This document shows, piece after piece, positions 36,800 through 46,913 of a stretch of 61,975 bases of DNA. The stretch is from positions 1 to 61,975 of the IMG/VR virus record IMGVR_UViG_3300037247_001905. One strand, 5' to 3'. The translations under genes were made by a program, and so were the position numbers. The first letter of the stretch is position 1; each line of letters begins with the position of its first letter. The notes beneath the pieces were generated by a model. That model saw only the letters and a program-made list of their open reading frames with translations. It was not told the DNA's origin and did no database searches. Source of the stretch: a virus. Taxonomy: Duplodnaviria; Caudoviricetes.

Positions 36800-38403
36800 A
36801 GCCCGGCCTCAAGTTCCCTGGCAAGTTGTTCCTGGGCTTCTGCCTCCGCCTCGGCGACGCCCAACGCCCCGCGCACATTGACCGCTTCGTCAATATCGAG
36901 GGCGAGTTCCGCCCGGCGGCCCGCGATGTCTTCCAGCCGCCCGGTTTTGCTCTTGCGCTTCTCGAGCAGTTTGGCCCCTCGCTCAAGCAGCGCAACATAC
37001 CGATCGTACTCATCAGGTGTGCCTTCTTGTGCTAGTGTCGTAAGATGGTCTCGGATGACTTGCGGGTCGCTCTCGGCAACCGCCGCCAGTCCCATCGCCA
37101 GTGTGTTCGAGATGTCTCCCTGTTGGCGTGCGACACCGACGATGCCGGCTTCCCGCGCGAACACGTCGATTGTTGACAGCGACTCTACAACACGAGTGAA
37201 TATCTTGGTCTGCTTCTCACCGAGCCCCTTGACTTTTACTTTGCCCTCGTTGTCGATGATGTTCTGCGCAATGAACGCTTGGTCGCCCTCGGCGCGGAAG
37301 TCGAACGCGTCCGCCATGCCGTCCACAATGTACGCCAGCGTATGCGCGTCGATCGTTTCCTTTAGGTCTGCGGCGATGCTCTTGCTCCGTCCGTTTAGAG
37401 ATTCCAACGCTTCCTGTCTGGTGGTTGCTTCCGCAACGCTGGCCAGCCCCAAGCGCACGTCGATGCGCGTTCCTAGTGACGGCTTGGCGAACCCCTCGGC
37501 GAACGCCGTGTCGGTCATCCCTGTTAGATATGCCTGCGACGCCAACACCTCTACCAGTTGTGTCACCCGTGACTGGGCATGGTCGCGCTGATCTTTGCTG
37601 ACGTGCGCAAATACGCCCCGCTGCGCCAGCCCGCGCACGACGTCTTCCGCCACCAGCGCGATCGCCCGCCGTCCCTGAAACTCACTCGCGAACGAGGGCT
37701 GCGCCTGTTCGGTGAGCGCCTTGCGAAAATCATCGCCCCCGATCACAGCCAACGAAGCGTTGCGTACTGCGGCGTTGACGGACTGCAACACCTGGTTCCC
37801 TGACTGCTCCATTGCCAACGTGACCTGCTCGCCTTCCTTCCCGATCCGTACGATTGCAGCGGGCAGCAGTTGCCCGTTTATGACACCCACAGCGGTTTGC
37901 AGCGCGGAGGCTTCCTGCGCCAGCGATACTTCCTCCTTGTCAAACTGTCGTAACTCCTTCTTTACCGCAACGAGCGCTTCTACTTCGCCCCGAGCGGCCT
38001 GGGCCTTTGCACGCGCGACTGCGGCCACCCGCTTTGTGTCAAGTTCGTTGCGGAGGCGGACCATCTTCTCTTCTTGGGCCAGCCGTTCGGTGTGCTGCTG
38101 TTCTTGCGCAGTGCGTAAGGCGTCGGCGTCGGCGGACGTGGCCTCACGGTCGAGCGCGCCCTCTTCCCCTAGGAACTCGCGCTGCTTGTCGAAGCCCTCC
38201 TGCCGCAGCTTCTCGCGTTCGATTTCGGCCTCGATTTCGGCAGCGGCGATCTCGCGACGACCCTCGATATCCGCCTTCGCTTGCTTCTCCTGCGCACCGA
38301 TCGCGGCAATGCGCACGCGACGATCCGCAGCCTGATTCAGATTGTCCGCCGCCTGCCCCAGCAGGCCAGCAGCCACCGGTGTTACAGGTCCAACTCGGCT
38401 CAT
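36796..38403 (-). CDS. Coiled-coil internal virion protein (putative)
   Basis: 535 aa, Ala/Glu/Arg-rich. Confidence 0.65.
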   Translation of the reverse strand: MSRVGPVTPVAAGLLGQAADNLNQAADRRVRIAAIGAQEKQAKADIEGRREIAAAEIEAEIEREKLRQEGFDKQREFLGEEGALDREATSADADALRTAQEQQHTERLAQEEKMVRLRNELDTKRVAAVARAKAQAARGEVEALVAVKKELRQFDKEEVSLAQEASALQTAVGVINGQLLPAAIVRIGKEGEQVTLAMEQSGNQVLQSVNAAVRNASLAVIGGDDFRKALTEQAQPSFASEFQGRRAIALVAEDVVRGLAQRGVFAHVSKDQRDHAQSRVTQLVEVLASQAYLTGMTDTAFAEGFAKPSLGTRIDVRLGLASVAEATTRQEALESLNGRSKSIAADLKETIDAHTLAYIVDGMADAFDFRAEGDQAFIAQNIIDNEGKVKVKGLGEKQTKIFTRVVESLSTIDVFAREAGIVGVARQQGDISNTLAMGLAAVAESDPQVIRDHLTTLAQEGTPDEYDRYVALLERGAKLLEKRKSKTGRLEDIAGRRAELALDIDEAVNVRGALGVAEAEAEAQEQLARELEAGL

Positions 38404-38406
38404 GGC

Positions 38407-39666
38407 TTACTCCGGAAGGTTGAAGGCGGAGATGTTTCGGCCGCCCGGTGCGGTGGCCAGCGACAGGAGCGCCGCCAGCCCCTCGAACATCGAGATAAAC
38501 GGCGTGTTCAGCAGCATGTCCAGGTACGCCGTACGGCCCTGCAACTCCATCTGGGTTGCCTGCAACTCCGCCGATCCGGTGATGTCCGCCATCAGGCTTG
38601 CCAGATTCGTCCGCAACTCCTGAAAGGCCAGCCGCGTTTGAGCAATCGCTTGATCCCTCGCTAGATCGACCTCGGCTTCCGCTGCCCTGCCCGCCGTGCG
38701 CTGCTGCTCAACGCCCAGCAGCGTCGCGTCACGGGCGGCAGCGGCCCGTGTACCCTCGGCGACCAGCGCACCCCCGGCTTGGGTGGCGGCGACCTCCAGA
38801 CCCGCTCCCTGAAGGTTGACGTCCGCCAACGCCAACTCCGTCTGCGCAAGCGCTTGGTCGAGCCCGGCCCGAAACTTTGTGGCGTCCGCGCGCACCGCCG
38901 CCGTTGTCTGGGCAGTGATGAGACCTGTGTCAAACGCCAACTGCCGCGACGCCGCTCGCTTTTCAGAAGAGGTCATTGCCGTACCGTCTGGGTTGACGCC
39001 GGCCTGAATAAGCTGCTTCTGGCTCAGCGCCCGGCGCTGCATCCCCGCACTGATCGCGCTGATCGTCTCCCCTACGCGAGCGTTGAACCCCGTCGCCGTT
39101 TGCCGTGCGGTCTTGACCGCGCCGACCGCCGCCGAAATAGCATCGTCAATACGACCGCCCACGTTGCCAAGTTGTTCCAGCAGCCGGCTGATACGGGCGT
39201 CAGTTGTAGCAAACGCTCCCTGCGCCCCCGTCGCCACACGGTCCAGTCGTTCTTCGTCCACGAGGTCTGCCGGCCCTGTATCCAGCCGCGAGACGAGATC
39301 CGATTCGGTGGCCTCCAGTTCAAGATCGCGGCCCGCCAATAACTCGTTCGTGTCCCTTGCGGTTGCACGGATGTTTTCGCCGACGCCGCCCACGAAATCA
39401 CCGAACTCGGCGGTCGCTTCCTGAAACGGCGCCTGCACATTTTCGGAAAGGAAGTCGATGTCTTCGCCAAGCGCGACCGCAGCCTGATCGAACGCGGTGA
39501 TCGCGCTGGGGTCGCTGATCTGCGATATCGGCGTCCTCGTTGGAAACCCGCCGTGCGTCCCGAATGCAAAGTCGCCCTCCACATGAAGACCCTGCTGACG
39601 CGCGGCAGCCGCCCGAGACGACTGTGCCATTGACCGTGGCTTTGGAATCCCGCTGAAGCGACTCAC
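38407..39666 (-). CDS. Ala/Gln-rich internal virion protein (putative pilot/ejection protein)
   Basis: 419 aa directly after the nozzle-like gene. Confidence 0.65.
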   Translation of the reverse strand: MSRFSGIPKPRSMAQSSRAAAARQQGLHVEGDFAFGTHGGFPTRTPISQISDPSAITAFDQAAVALGEDIDFLSENVQAPFQEATAEFGDFVGGVGENIRATARDTNELLAGRDLELEATESDLVSRLDTGPADLVDEERLDRVATGAQGAFATTDARISRLLEQLGNVGGRIDDAISAAVGAVKTARQTATGFNARVGETISAISAGMQRRALSQKQLIQAGVNPDGTAMTSSEKRAASRQLAFDTGLITAQTTAAVRADATKFRAGLDQALAQTELALADVNLQGAGLEVAATQAGGALVAEGTRAAAARDATLLGVEQQRTAGRAAEAEVDLARDQAIAQTRLAFQELRTNLASLMADITGSAELQATQMELQGRTAYLDMLLNTPFISMFEGLAALLSLATAPGGRNISAFNLPE

Positions 39667-42566
39667 GCCAGTTCCTCCCGAGACAGTCCTCTATCAAGGA
39701 TCTTACCCTCAACCCGGACGCCCAACAACGTGTACCGCAGTTCGGGGCAGAACACCTCAATACCTGGGTGCAGCGAAGGCCCCTGGATCCCTCCTCGGCT
39801 GCCGTCACCCCCGCCAAAGCCCGCCGGGTACTCCTTGGCGATCGCATCGTCGCCCCCCACCGATTGCCAGTCCGCCGTGCGGTCGGGAGCGGCCGGGAAC
39901 ACCGATTCCTCGGCTTGGGCGGCATTCCCCTTGTAGACCAGCGCACGGTACCTCGCGTCGGTCGAAGAGGATGCAGCACCGTTGACGTCCGTTATAGCCG
40001 CCTTGATCGTGTTGACCTGCCGCTGGCGAAAGAACTCGTGCGACCCAAACTTGAAACCGTCCTCGGTCTGAAGCCCCACGCCCGCGCCCACCCACCGCTG
40101 ATGCACCGGGCTCAATCCGAGCCGTTGGCCGGCAACGCTTGCAAACTGTGCCGCGTCTTCTAGGGTCACCTCCTGAGCCGCGCCATTCGTTGCCGTGATC
40201 TTTGTGCGGTTGCCCGCGTCGTCGCCGTTCAGTACATAGATGTAGCACCCCTGAAGACGGTCGGTGTCGTTGAAGGCAAACGGCAACGTCAGTGTTGCAC
40301 CCGACGGGTTGCTTGCCTGCGTCCACCGTTTCGTCGCCGAGGTTGGCTGCATCAACGTCAGTTCGCTCTTTGTCTCCAGACGATCGTGCGCCCACACGCG
40401 CAACCGCTTTACATTAGCGATCGTGTATACCTCGAAGAAGACCGCACGCTTCTCCAGCGGATTCGTCTGTGCGTTGGGGGCTTGTGTTGGGTCGCGCGGC
40501 ATCACTCCATCGTCGACGTGACGGAACGGCAGATCGGCGAGCGCAGTGATCTTGCTCGTCTCGAACCACAGCAGTTGCGCCTCGCCCAACGACGTGTTCA
40601 GCACCCAGACCACGCCCACCGCGTCGTCGTACGCGCACTCCACGGACTCCAGACTTGCCGCCCAGACCGAGCGTATGACATAGTTGAGTGCGGCGAGGTC
40701 GGCAAGCTGCCCGCGTGCGTCGATTTCTTTGGCGCCCCGTCTTGTAATGCCGTAGCCGTGGCTGCCCATCTCGGCTGCGGCGCGGTCGTTGACCAGCCCG
40801 TACCCGCGATGGACCGGAAACCCCTTGAGCGACCGTGTCTCGCGGTGGAAGGCGTAAATGTTCTGCCCCGTCCAGCCCAAGATCGACGTGCCAATCTGCA
40901 AGAAGCGGAGCACCTCTTCGCTGGCGGCCTTCAGCGCGTACTTGTCTGCCGGGTCGAAGAGTTCAACGGCGGGCTCCAACAGGCTCGACCACCGCACGAT
41001 ACCGACGCCGGCCTCGTCCGGATCGAGCACGCCCGAGTTGCCGACCAGCATCGTGTTCTCACTGAACAGCAGGGCGCCGCCGGGAGGCATGTCCTCAAGG
41101 TACACGGGAATGTCAACCAGCGCGTTCTGCAACGGCAACTCATCCACCGCAGTCTGTACGAAGTAGCCTGCAACCCTCCACGGCGCTGCGGGCTGGCTGT
41201 CAATGTCATAATCTGCCAGCACAATCGTACCGTCGAGGTGCATGATTACGCTGTCGTTGTTGATGGTCAGCGTGCTCCGTCCACGGTACACCTGCATCGT
41301 GTCGTAGAGGCTGCTGTCGTAAATGACGTAGACCATCGGGAACGGTATGTTGAAGGTCAACCGGTGCATGTAATCGGACTGATCCGGGTCGTAGATATAG
41401 CTGAAGGAGCCAGAGCTTCCCGTCTTGGAAAGCTCCGCCGCTACCCGATTGCTTAGGGCGCTCTTGCGCCCGGTGCGGCTGTCGAGCAACCGGTACATGA
41501 ATATGCCACCCGGCGACGGCGTTGCGTCCGTGCGCAGTAGCGGCGCCGGTTCTTCGGCAGCGATGTCTCTTACGTCGCGGTTGTACCCGGCGCTCGTAAA
41601 CTCACCGGCGGGGCTCGGGAACGGATACACCGGTGTTTGTGGCGCACCGGCGGGGGCGGTGAGCAGGAACAGCGTGCGAAAGTTTGGGTCGCTGTGCGGG
41701 GGCGACGCCCACAACAGCCCGCCGCCCGGCAACCGCAGATCGCTCGGTCCGCGCAGACCAAGGGCGTAGTCCGGTCCCGCCGTGATGTTGCGCTCGCTCA
41801 AGTACGGGTTGGTCTCGTCAGCGGGACCGCCGCCCACTGTGCTGACGCCGGCCGTATTCCCAAACCCGCAGTATACGACGGTCGCTTCTGCGGGTTTGCT
41901 GGCCGGTGTGCTCTTGACAGGGATTGCTTCAACCATGTCGGGGTGTGGCGTCGCTGGCGCACTGTTCAGCGCACGCGAAGCAACGGCGTCCGTCCCGGCG
42001 GCCACCAGTTCCGGGGGCTCGCCCGGCCCGGTGTCTTCTATAACGATCAGATCAAAGACGCCCGGCGACGTCTCCGTAATGTAGAACATGAAGGTGGGCT
42101 TGCCGCGACGTCCGACATATACGAATCGACCTACGACCTCGACGCTCATCTCCTCAAAGCCAAACGGCTCGTCAGGGATGAGCCCCGTCACGAATCCATC
42201 GTCGAAGTCGTGTATCCACGTTGTTGAATCGCCAATCCGGTATTGGAGTCGGTAACGCGCGATCGTTTCCGCCGAGTTTGTGAACCGCATCAACACGCCA
42301 TAGGCGTAGGTTGTCGCGTCCACTCGAGACTCCCACATCCGCGCCCCGTGCAGGGTGCCCCCGCCGGCAAGTGTTGTGCTGTACCCGATGTCGACGTCGA
42401 AGTAGTGAATGAAGCCCGGAAACGGGCGCGTCCCGCCGTCGTACGAGCCGTCCGCCCCCAGCAACTCGGCGGCGGCGTTGGTCGCCGTGCCTGTGCGCGA
42501 CGTCTCGCGGTTCTGTGTGGCGAACGCGAGCGGATAATCCCATGCTGGACGGTCAATCGGCGGCAT
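39663..42566 (-). CDS. Tail nozzle / stabilisation protein (T7 gp12 or P22 gp10-like, putative)
   Basis: 967 aa, beta-propeller-like; RPFPG at N-terminus, VRWSSLLEP; position in operon. Confidence 0.6.
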   Translation of the reverse strand: MPPIDRPAWDYPLAFATQNRETSRTGTATNAAAELLGADGSYDGGTRPFPGFIHYFDVDIGYSTTLAGGGTLHGARMWESRVDATTYAYGVLMRFTNSAETIARYRLQYRIGDSTTWIHDFDDGFVTGLIPDEPFGFEEMSVEVVGRFVYVGRRGKPTFMFYITETSPGVFDLIVIEDTGPGEPPELVAAGTDAVASRALNSAPATPHPDMVEAIPVKSTPASKPAEATVVYCGFGNTAGVSTVGGGPADETNPYLSERNITAGPDYALGLRGPSDLRLPGGGLLWASPPHSDPNFRTLFLLTAPAGAPQTPVYPFPSPAGEFTSAGYNRDVRDIAAEEPAPLLRTDATPSPGGIFMYRLLDSRTGRKSALSNRVAAELSKTGSSGSFSYIYDPDQSDYMHRLTFNIPFPMVYVIYDSSLYDTMQVYRGRSTLTINNDSVIMHLDGTIVLADYDIDSQPAAPWRVAGYFVQTAVDELPLQNALVDIPVYLEDMPPGGALLFSENTMLVGNSGVLDPDEAGVGIVRWSSLLEPAVELFDPADKYALKAASEEVLRFLQIGTSILGWTGQNIYAFHRETRSLKGFPVHRGYGLVNDRAAAEMGSHGYGITRRGAKEIDARGQLADLAALNYVIRSVWAASLESVECAYDDAVGVVWVLNTSLGEAQLLWFETSKITALADLPFRHVDDGVMPRDPTQAPNAQTNPLEKRAVFFEVYTIANVKRLRVWAHDRLETKSELTLMQPTSATKRWTQASNPSGATLTLPFAFNDTDRLQGCYIYVLNGDDAGNRTKITATNGAAQEVTLEDAAQFASVAGQRLGLSPVHQRWVGAGVGLQTEDGFKFGSHEFFRQRQVNTIKAAITDVNGAASSSTDARYRALVYKGNAAQAEESVFPAAPDRTADWQSVGGDDAIAKEYPAGFGGGDGSRGGIQGPSLHPGIEVFCPELRYTLLGVRVEGKILDRGLSREELA

Positions 42567-42843
42567 CGTTCACAGGCAGCATAGCAGATGCGCTGAGCCT
42601 TGCGAGTTGCTCGTGGATCTCGGCGAGCGTTTCCCGCACACAGTAGACTATCTGCCCGTTGCCGCCCGTAAACGGCAGTTCGATCACCGCCCCGCACCGT
42701 TCCTCCGGCGGCCGTCTCTCTTCGGGCAGATCCTCCGGCGACCGCTTGGCGGCCTCCCCAATGAGCATCCCCTCTACCGGAGCCAGAAGGATCGTGCGGC
42801 CGTCCCACTTCGGATCCGAATGCACCTGTGTCAGTTTCAGCAT
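42553..42843 (-). CDS. FlbD-like small protein
   Basis: MLKLT...VRETLAEI pattern. Confidence 0.5.
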   Translation of the reverse strand: MLKLTQVHSDPKWDGRTILLAPVEGMLIGEAAKRSPEDLPEERRPPEERCGAVIELPFTGGNGQIVYCVRETLAEIHEQLARLSASAMLPVNDAAD

Positions 42844-43142
42844 GGTAGTGTTCCCTTAGCGATTGCCACGAGCATGTCGGCGGCAACCTCGTACGATTTC
42901 TCAGCCGCTTTGTTGTGATGCTGAGATGCAAGCAACCCAGTTAGCGCCTGCCCCGCAAAACGATCGCGCCGCGCCGTGTGGATCATTGCGTCTATCTGTT
43001 CGTCACCACTGTTGGGGACACACAGATGGATTGCAGCGTACACGCGACGATCAAGCATGACGTGAGCAACTGTCTGCGTAAGCATCTGCCACGTCTTGCC
43101 GCCCTCGTCGTCATCTTTGGTCGTTTGGTCTTCTGCTGACAT
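42837..43142 (-). CDS. Small phage protein (RD.FA..A..G type)
   Basis: RRDRFAGQALTGLLA...AEKSYEVAADML; AAGGA RBS. Confidence 0.65.
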   Translation of the reverse strand: MSAEDQTTKDDDEGGKTWQMLTQTVAHVMLDRRVYAAIHLCVPNSGDEQIDAMIHTARRDRFAGQALTGLLASQHHNKAAEKSYEVAADMLVAIAKGTLPC

Positions 43143-43164
43143 ATGCGGGTTCCTTGTGTGAGGA

Positions 43165-43839
43165 CTATTCTCTTGCCGCCCAAGCCGCGTCTGGTGTGTC
43201 GTAGTAGGGTACGTCGTGTGCGCGAGGGGTTTCGATGTTGTCGGAGTCGAACTTCGTAGAGCGCTCGACGGGGCGTGGTTCGTCGGGTGTGTAGACCATC
43301 ATCTGCGGGTGCAGCCCGGCGAGAAGCTGGTCGGCCCAATGCGCCCGTGTCTCGAGGGCGGCGAGACAACGGTCGTAGGCAACGTCGCGCACGGCGTAGG
43401 CCACCGTCCAATACATATAGGAGGGGCGGCAGCAGTAGCCGCGCACCAACCGCTTGTCGAGCATGATCTTGCCGCCGAGATAGAACATCTCCCAGTCGGA
43501 GGGCATATCCCGCAAGAACTGCGACGTCATCTCGTTGAAACGGTGGTTGAGTTTGGCGTCGTCCTCGAAGATCAGGACGCCTTTGTACCCCATGATCTTC
43601 GCCATTGAAATGACGGTGTGGTGTGACAGCAACGAGGCGAGCGCCCCGCCTTTTAGCGGGTAGACCAGCGGTGGACTCTCGGGCACCTTCTTCAGTGTGG
43701 CGCCATTGATCGCCTCGAACCGTGTCACCTCCAGGCCGCACCGCTCGAACTGTGGCCACATGAACGCCCACTTATCCTTGCGCCGTCGCAGGTTGATGCA
43801 GAACGCGGCGTCCACCGCTTCGAGCAGTTCCGGTATCAT
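43165..43839 (-). CDS. Glycosyltransferase family 25
   Basis: FCINL.RR.D, RFEAING, G..ASLLSH, VLIFEDDA, WEMFYLG. Confidence 0.88.
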   Translation of the reverse strand: MIPELLEAVDAAFCINLRRRKDKWAFMWPQFERCGLEVTRFEAINGATLKKVPESPPLVYPLKGGALASLLSHHTVISMAKIMGYKGVLIFEDDAKLNHRFNEMTSQFLRDMPSDWEMFYLGGKIMLDKRLVRGYCCRPSYMYWTVAYAVRDVAYDRCLAALETRAHWADQLLAGLHPQMMVYTPDEPRPVERSTKFDSDNIETPRAHDVPYYDTPDAAWAARE

Positions 43840-44111
43840 TTGTTGTCTCTGTGCAAGGGGGCAGGTTTCTTGTAGAGACAGAACGTGTTGGGGCCGGTGC
43901 GCACACCGCATTCGATCTCGCCGACACGCAACGGCACATCCTTGCCTGTGGCGGCGATGAGTCTGTCGTGCAGCATCCAGTCAAGCGGAGGGCTGTCCTC
44001 CGTGTCGTCCCGCAGAATGCTGTAGCTAGCAGGCTGTGCGTGGGCGAGGTTGCGGATAACAACGACGCGTGCCTCGTTGCAAACGGCGATGACGTTGCCT
44101 TCCCAACTCAC
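43836..44111 (-). CDS. Small hypothetical protein in the glycosylation operon
   Basis: GTGA and ATGA coupling with both neighbours. Confidence 0.5.
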   Translation of the reverse strand: MSWEGNVIAVCNEARVVVIRNLAHAQPASYSILRDDTEDSPPLDWMLHDRLIAATGKDVPLRVGEIECGVRTGPNTFCLYKKPAPLHRDNK

Positions 44112-45010
44112 TTTTCGTACCAGCCTTCCGTCGGAACCGACTTTTCGCACTCGGCCGCCGCCTTGTCCACCGCCTTCTTGAAGTCCATTGTCGGGAACGC
44201 CTTGAGCTTTGAACTGGGTGTTACGTTGATGATGTGAAACTTCATCTTTCGCCGGGTGATAACGCTCTGGATGTCGGCGAAGCGATCGTCAAGCGTGCCG
44301 TACCGTGTGTTGTTCGATTCGCGGGCGCCCTCCGACTTGCGTTCATCGAAGGCGTAGGCGCTGCCCTTAGCGGGCATGTTGAAGTCGGCGCCGACGAGAT
44401 AGACATTGCAGAACCCCAAGAAGTGTGCAAGCCGCAAGCAGCAGAGCATTGTCGAGCGGTTGCCCTTGACGCCTGAAGCATCGTGTTCGCCCTCGTCACA
44501 ACCCCACGCCACGCTCGTCTCTTCAAAGAACGTGTGCGGCTGAAAGTGCGTGTTGCGGCGGAAGAAATAGGTGGCGGGCATCTCACCGGTACGGAACGCC
44601 GACTCCCGCTTCTTGCCGTCCTGCATTACTCCCAGCTTGCTGTTGACGTGCGCGGCGGGCACGAACTTTATGATGCCGGGATCTTTCCAGCCGACATCGG
44701 CAAAACGATTAGGCGGGTCCGTGCAGCACCAGAAGTTCGGACGGTGTACCAACCACCCATTGTTCAGGCCCATCGTCATCAGACCGCGTCTACGCAACTG
44801 ATCGAGCGGTGTCTTTTTTAGCGACGGCCCGTTCAACAAGAGGAACAGGGATGAGCCGTGTCCCGACGTGTGCGCGTACACCCCGGAAAGAGGCGCGGGC
44901 GTGCCGTCGGCGCGAAACACCAGATTTGGGTAGAAGCGCTGGCCGCGCCACGGCGCAGAAATGTCAGATGGAGACGTGTGTCGGTTGCGGGGGAGTTCGG
45001 TGTCGATCAT
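44108..45010 (-). CDS. Maf/DUF115-like (GT42/GT29-fold) glycosyltransferase
   Basis: LLLNGPSL, MGLNN, PNFWCCTD, LAHFLGFCNVYLVGADF, IINVT..S.L.AF. Confidence 0.75.
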   Translation of the reverse strand: MIDTELPRNRHTSPSDISAPWRGQRFYPNLVFRADGTPAPLSGVYAHTSGHGSSLFLLLNGPSLKKTPLDQLRRRGLMTMGLNNGWLVHRPNFWCCTDPPNRFADVGWKDPGIIKFVPAAHVNSKLGVMQDGKKRESAFRTGEMPATYFFRRNTHFQPHTFFEETSVAWGCDEGEHDASGVKGNRSTMLCCLRLAHFLGFCNVYLVGADFNMPAKGSAYAFDERKSEGARESNNTRYGTLDDRFADIQSVITRRKMKFHIINVTPSSKLKAFPTMDFKKAVDKAAAECEKSVPTEGWYEK

Positions 45011-45597
45011 GGCGGGGGCCTTAGCAGTATAGTCGAGGTGCGCCTGTACCGTTCAAGCACCGTTGCGCCCTGCGCCACGAAGGCTTGAATCCACCAGTCC
45101 AGCGGGCGGACGGTCAGATGTAAGTTCTTGACCCCCATTGCTTTAGCCTTCGCCGTCGGCCTCTGCTTTGCGGGGCTCGTCGCTATCCGGCAGAACACAT
45201 GTTGCCGAGCAACCCGCAGGCATTGCCCAATGGCGCGGACCGCGTCTAACTGTTGCAGGTGCTCGAAGACGTCGGCGTGCATCACGACGTCGAAGCTCTT
45301 GTCGGGGAAGGGAAGGTTGCAGGCGCTCCCGACCACGCACGGCCGCCGCATCCGCAGCGTGCGTCCGATGACGACTGAAGACGCGTCCACGCCCATTGCA
45401 AAGCAGCCGTTTGCGTTTAGGTAGGCAACAGACGGGCCGTGCCCGCACCCGACGTCGAGTACGGTACAGCCCGGCCACCGCCTTGCTATCTCACGGGTAA
45501 CAGGCCACGCAAGATGTCCCGCGTGCATCTGTGCAGACGTGAAGTAGCCGTTGGTGTAGAGGTCGTCGTAGAGCGCGGTGTAGTTGATCTCGTTCAT
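45007..45597 (-). CDS. Class I SAM-dependent methyltransferase
   Basis: VLDVGCGHG, GVDAS, LPFPDKSFDVV...DVFEHL, HLTVRP.DWW. Confidence 0.9.
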   Translation of the reverse strand: MNEINYTALYDDLYTNGYFTSAQMHAGHLAWPVTREIARRWPGCTVLDVGCGHGPSVAYLNANGCFAMGVDASSVVIGRTLRMRRPCVVGSACNLPFPDKSFDVVMHADVFEHLQQLDAVRAIGQCLRVARQHVFCRIATSPAKQRPTAKAKAMGVKNLHLTVRPLDWWIQAFVAQGATVLERYRRTSTILLRPPP

Positions 45598-46148
45598 GGC
45601 GTCACCTGTGCAATATAGCCGGCTGCAACAACGTCCGCCAGCCATTCACGCTCCGCTGTTTCGGCGTGCTGTCGGTTTTCGGGGGCGTCCAGTTCCCAGT
45701 AGTGCTTGCCCATCTTGTCCATCTCTCCAATGCCGCAGAACCGCACGGGGCGTTCACAGCCCATGAGCAACGCCGCCCGCAACACAATAATGCCGAGAGA
45801 TGGCCCAACGCCGTCACCCCACAACGGGTGTTCGTCGCCGGCGATCCACTCCGCCGCGTACGGCACGAGAATCACGGGCAATGGCGTCCACAACCGGGAA
45901 TACTTTTCCAGATAACCGCTTGGGATGTGCGGCGGCACCCATAACCACACGCGGCAGCAATCGCCCGGCGGTTCTCTTTGGATATTGCCCCAGTTCACGA
46001 CCCAATCGGTTGTGCGACAACCAACATCGTTCTCGTGGCCGTCCGTTACGAAGTTGTTGAGCCGAACAACACGGTCGCACGCGTCAATCTGGGTTCCCAT
46101 CTCGGACCCTGCAAGAGACGGTGCGTTTCCAACAACGATCATGCTCAT
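45594..46148 (-). CDS. Glycosyltransferase family 29 (sialyltransferase-like)
   Basis: L-sialylmotif-like IVVGNAPSLAGSEMGTQIDACDRVVRLNN...DVGCRTT; S-like PSLG; HYW; VS-like H...AE. Confidence 0.82.
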   Translation of the reverse strand: MSMIVVGNAPSLAGSEMGTQIDACDRVVRLNNFVTDGHENDVGCRTTDWVVNWGNIQREPPGDCCRVWLWVPPHIPSGYLEKYSRLWTPLPVILVPYAAEWIAGDEHPLWGDGVGPSLGIIVLRAALLMGCERPVRFCGIGEMDKMGKHYWELDAPENRQHAETAEREWLADVVAAGYIAQVTP

Positions 46149-46157
46149 GGGATTCCC

Positions 46158-46910
46158 TTATTCCGCAGTGCTGGTGGTCGTGTGAGATAGTACGGGTGTC
46201 CCCGTTGTACCGCCCGACGTCGTTGTCGACACTGTTGAAGGCGCAGTAGTAGACGCGGCGCTGCTTGTTGCAGTGGTCGATGCAGTTGAACTGCCGGTGC
46301 CCGACCCGCTGCCTGAACCCGAACCGGATCCCGAACCGCTCCCGCTGCCCGAACCGGACGCGCTGTCGGAACTGGTTGCTGTGCTGGTAGTAGTGCCTGG
46401 ACTCGAGCCGGTGCTTGAACCAACACTTGAAGCGGTACTAGAGGCGGTGCTCGAAGCAGTGCTTGAAGCAGTGCTGGAGACGCCGCTTGAACTGCCGGAC
46501 GCCGATCCGCTGCTGCCCGAACTGCCGCTTGCCGCCGACGATGAAGCAGAACTTGCGGAGGACGATGCCGTCGACGATGCCGTTGACGACGTCGTTGACG
46601 ATGTTGCAGTGCTCGAAGGCGGTACAGATGAAGAGGACGAACTGCCGCCGGGTGTAATCGTTGTGCTGGAGGGCAGCGGTGGTTCGGTGACGACAGGGGC
46701 GGGCGCAACGCCGTATGTCTCCTCAAAGAACACCTCGATGGGGAACGGCAGCCGTAACGCAAACGGGGGCTGCGCAAGCCGTCGACCAAACGCCGGGCCG
46801 GTCGTTCTTTGGTCACGCAACACCAACTTTGGGTACAACCCCTCGGAGAACCGCCGCATCAGATATTCGGACTGCCCGGCAACGAGACGATCTGGAAAGT
46901 CACGCGGCAC
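46158..46910 (-). CDS. Mucin-like Ser/Thr-rich protein (putative virion component)
   Basis: About 75-aa ordinary N-terminus followed by about 170 aa of S/T/A/G, including STAS and GS repeats. Confidence 0.8.
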   Translation of the reverse strand: MPRDFPDRLVAGQSEYLMRRFSEGLYPKLVLRDQRTTGPAFGRRLAQPPFALRLPFPIEVFFEETYGVAPAPVVTEPPLPSSTTITPGGSSSSSSVPPSSTATSSTTSSTASSTASSSASSASSSAASGSSGSSGSASGSSSGVSSTASSTASSTASSTASSVGSSTGSSPGTTTSTATSSDSASGSGSGSGSGSGSGSGSGSGTGSSTASTTATSSAASTTAPSTVSTTTSGGTTGTPVLSHTTTSTAE

Positions 46911-46913
46911 CGA

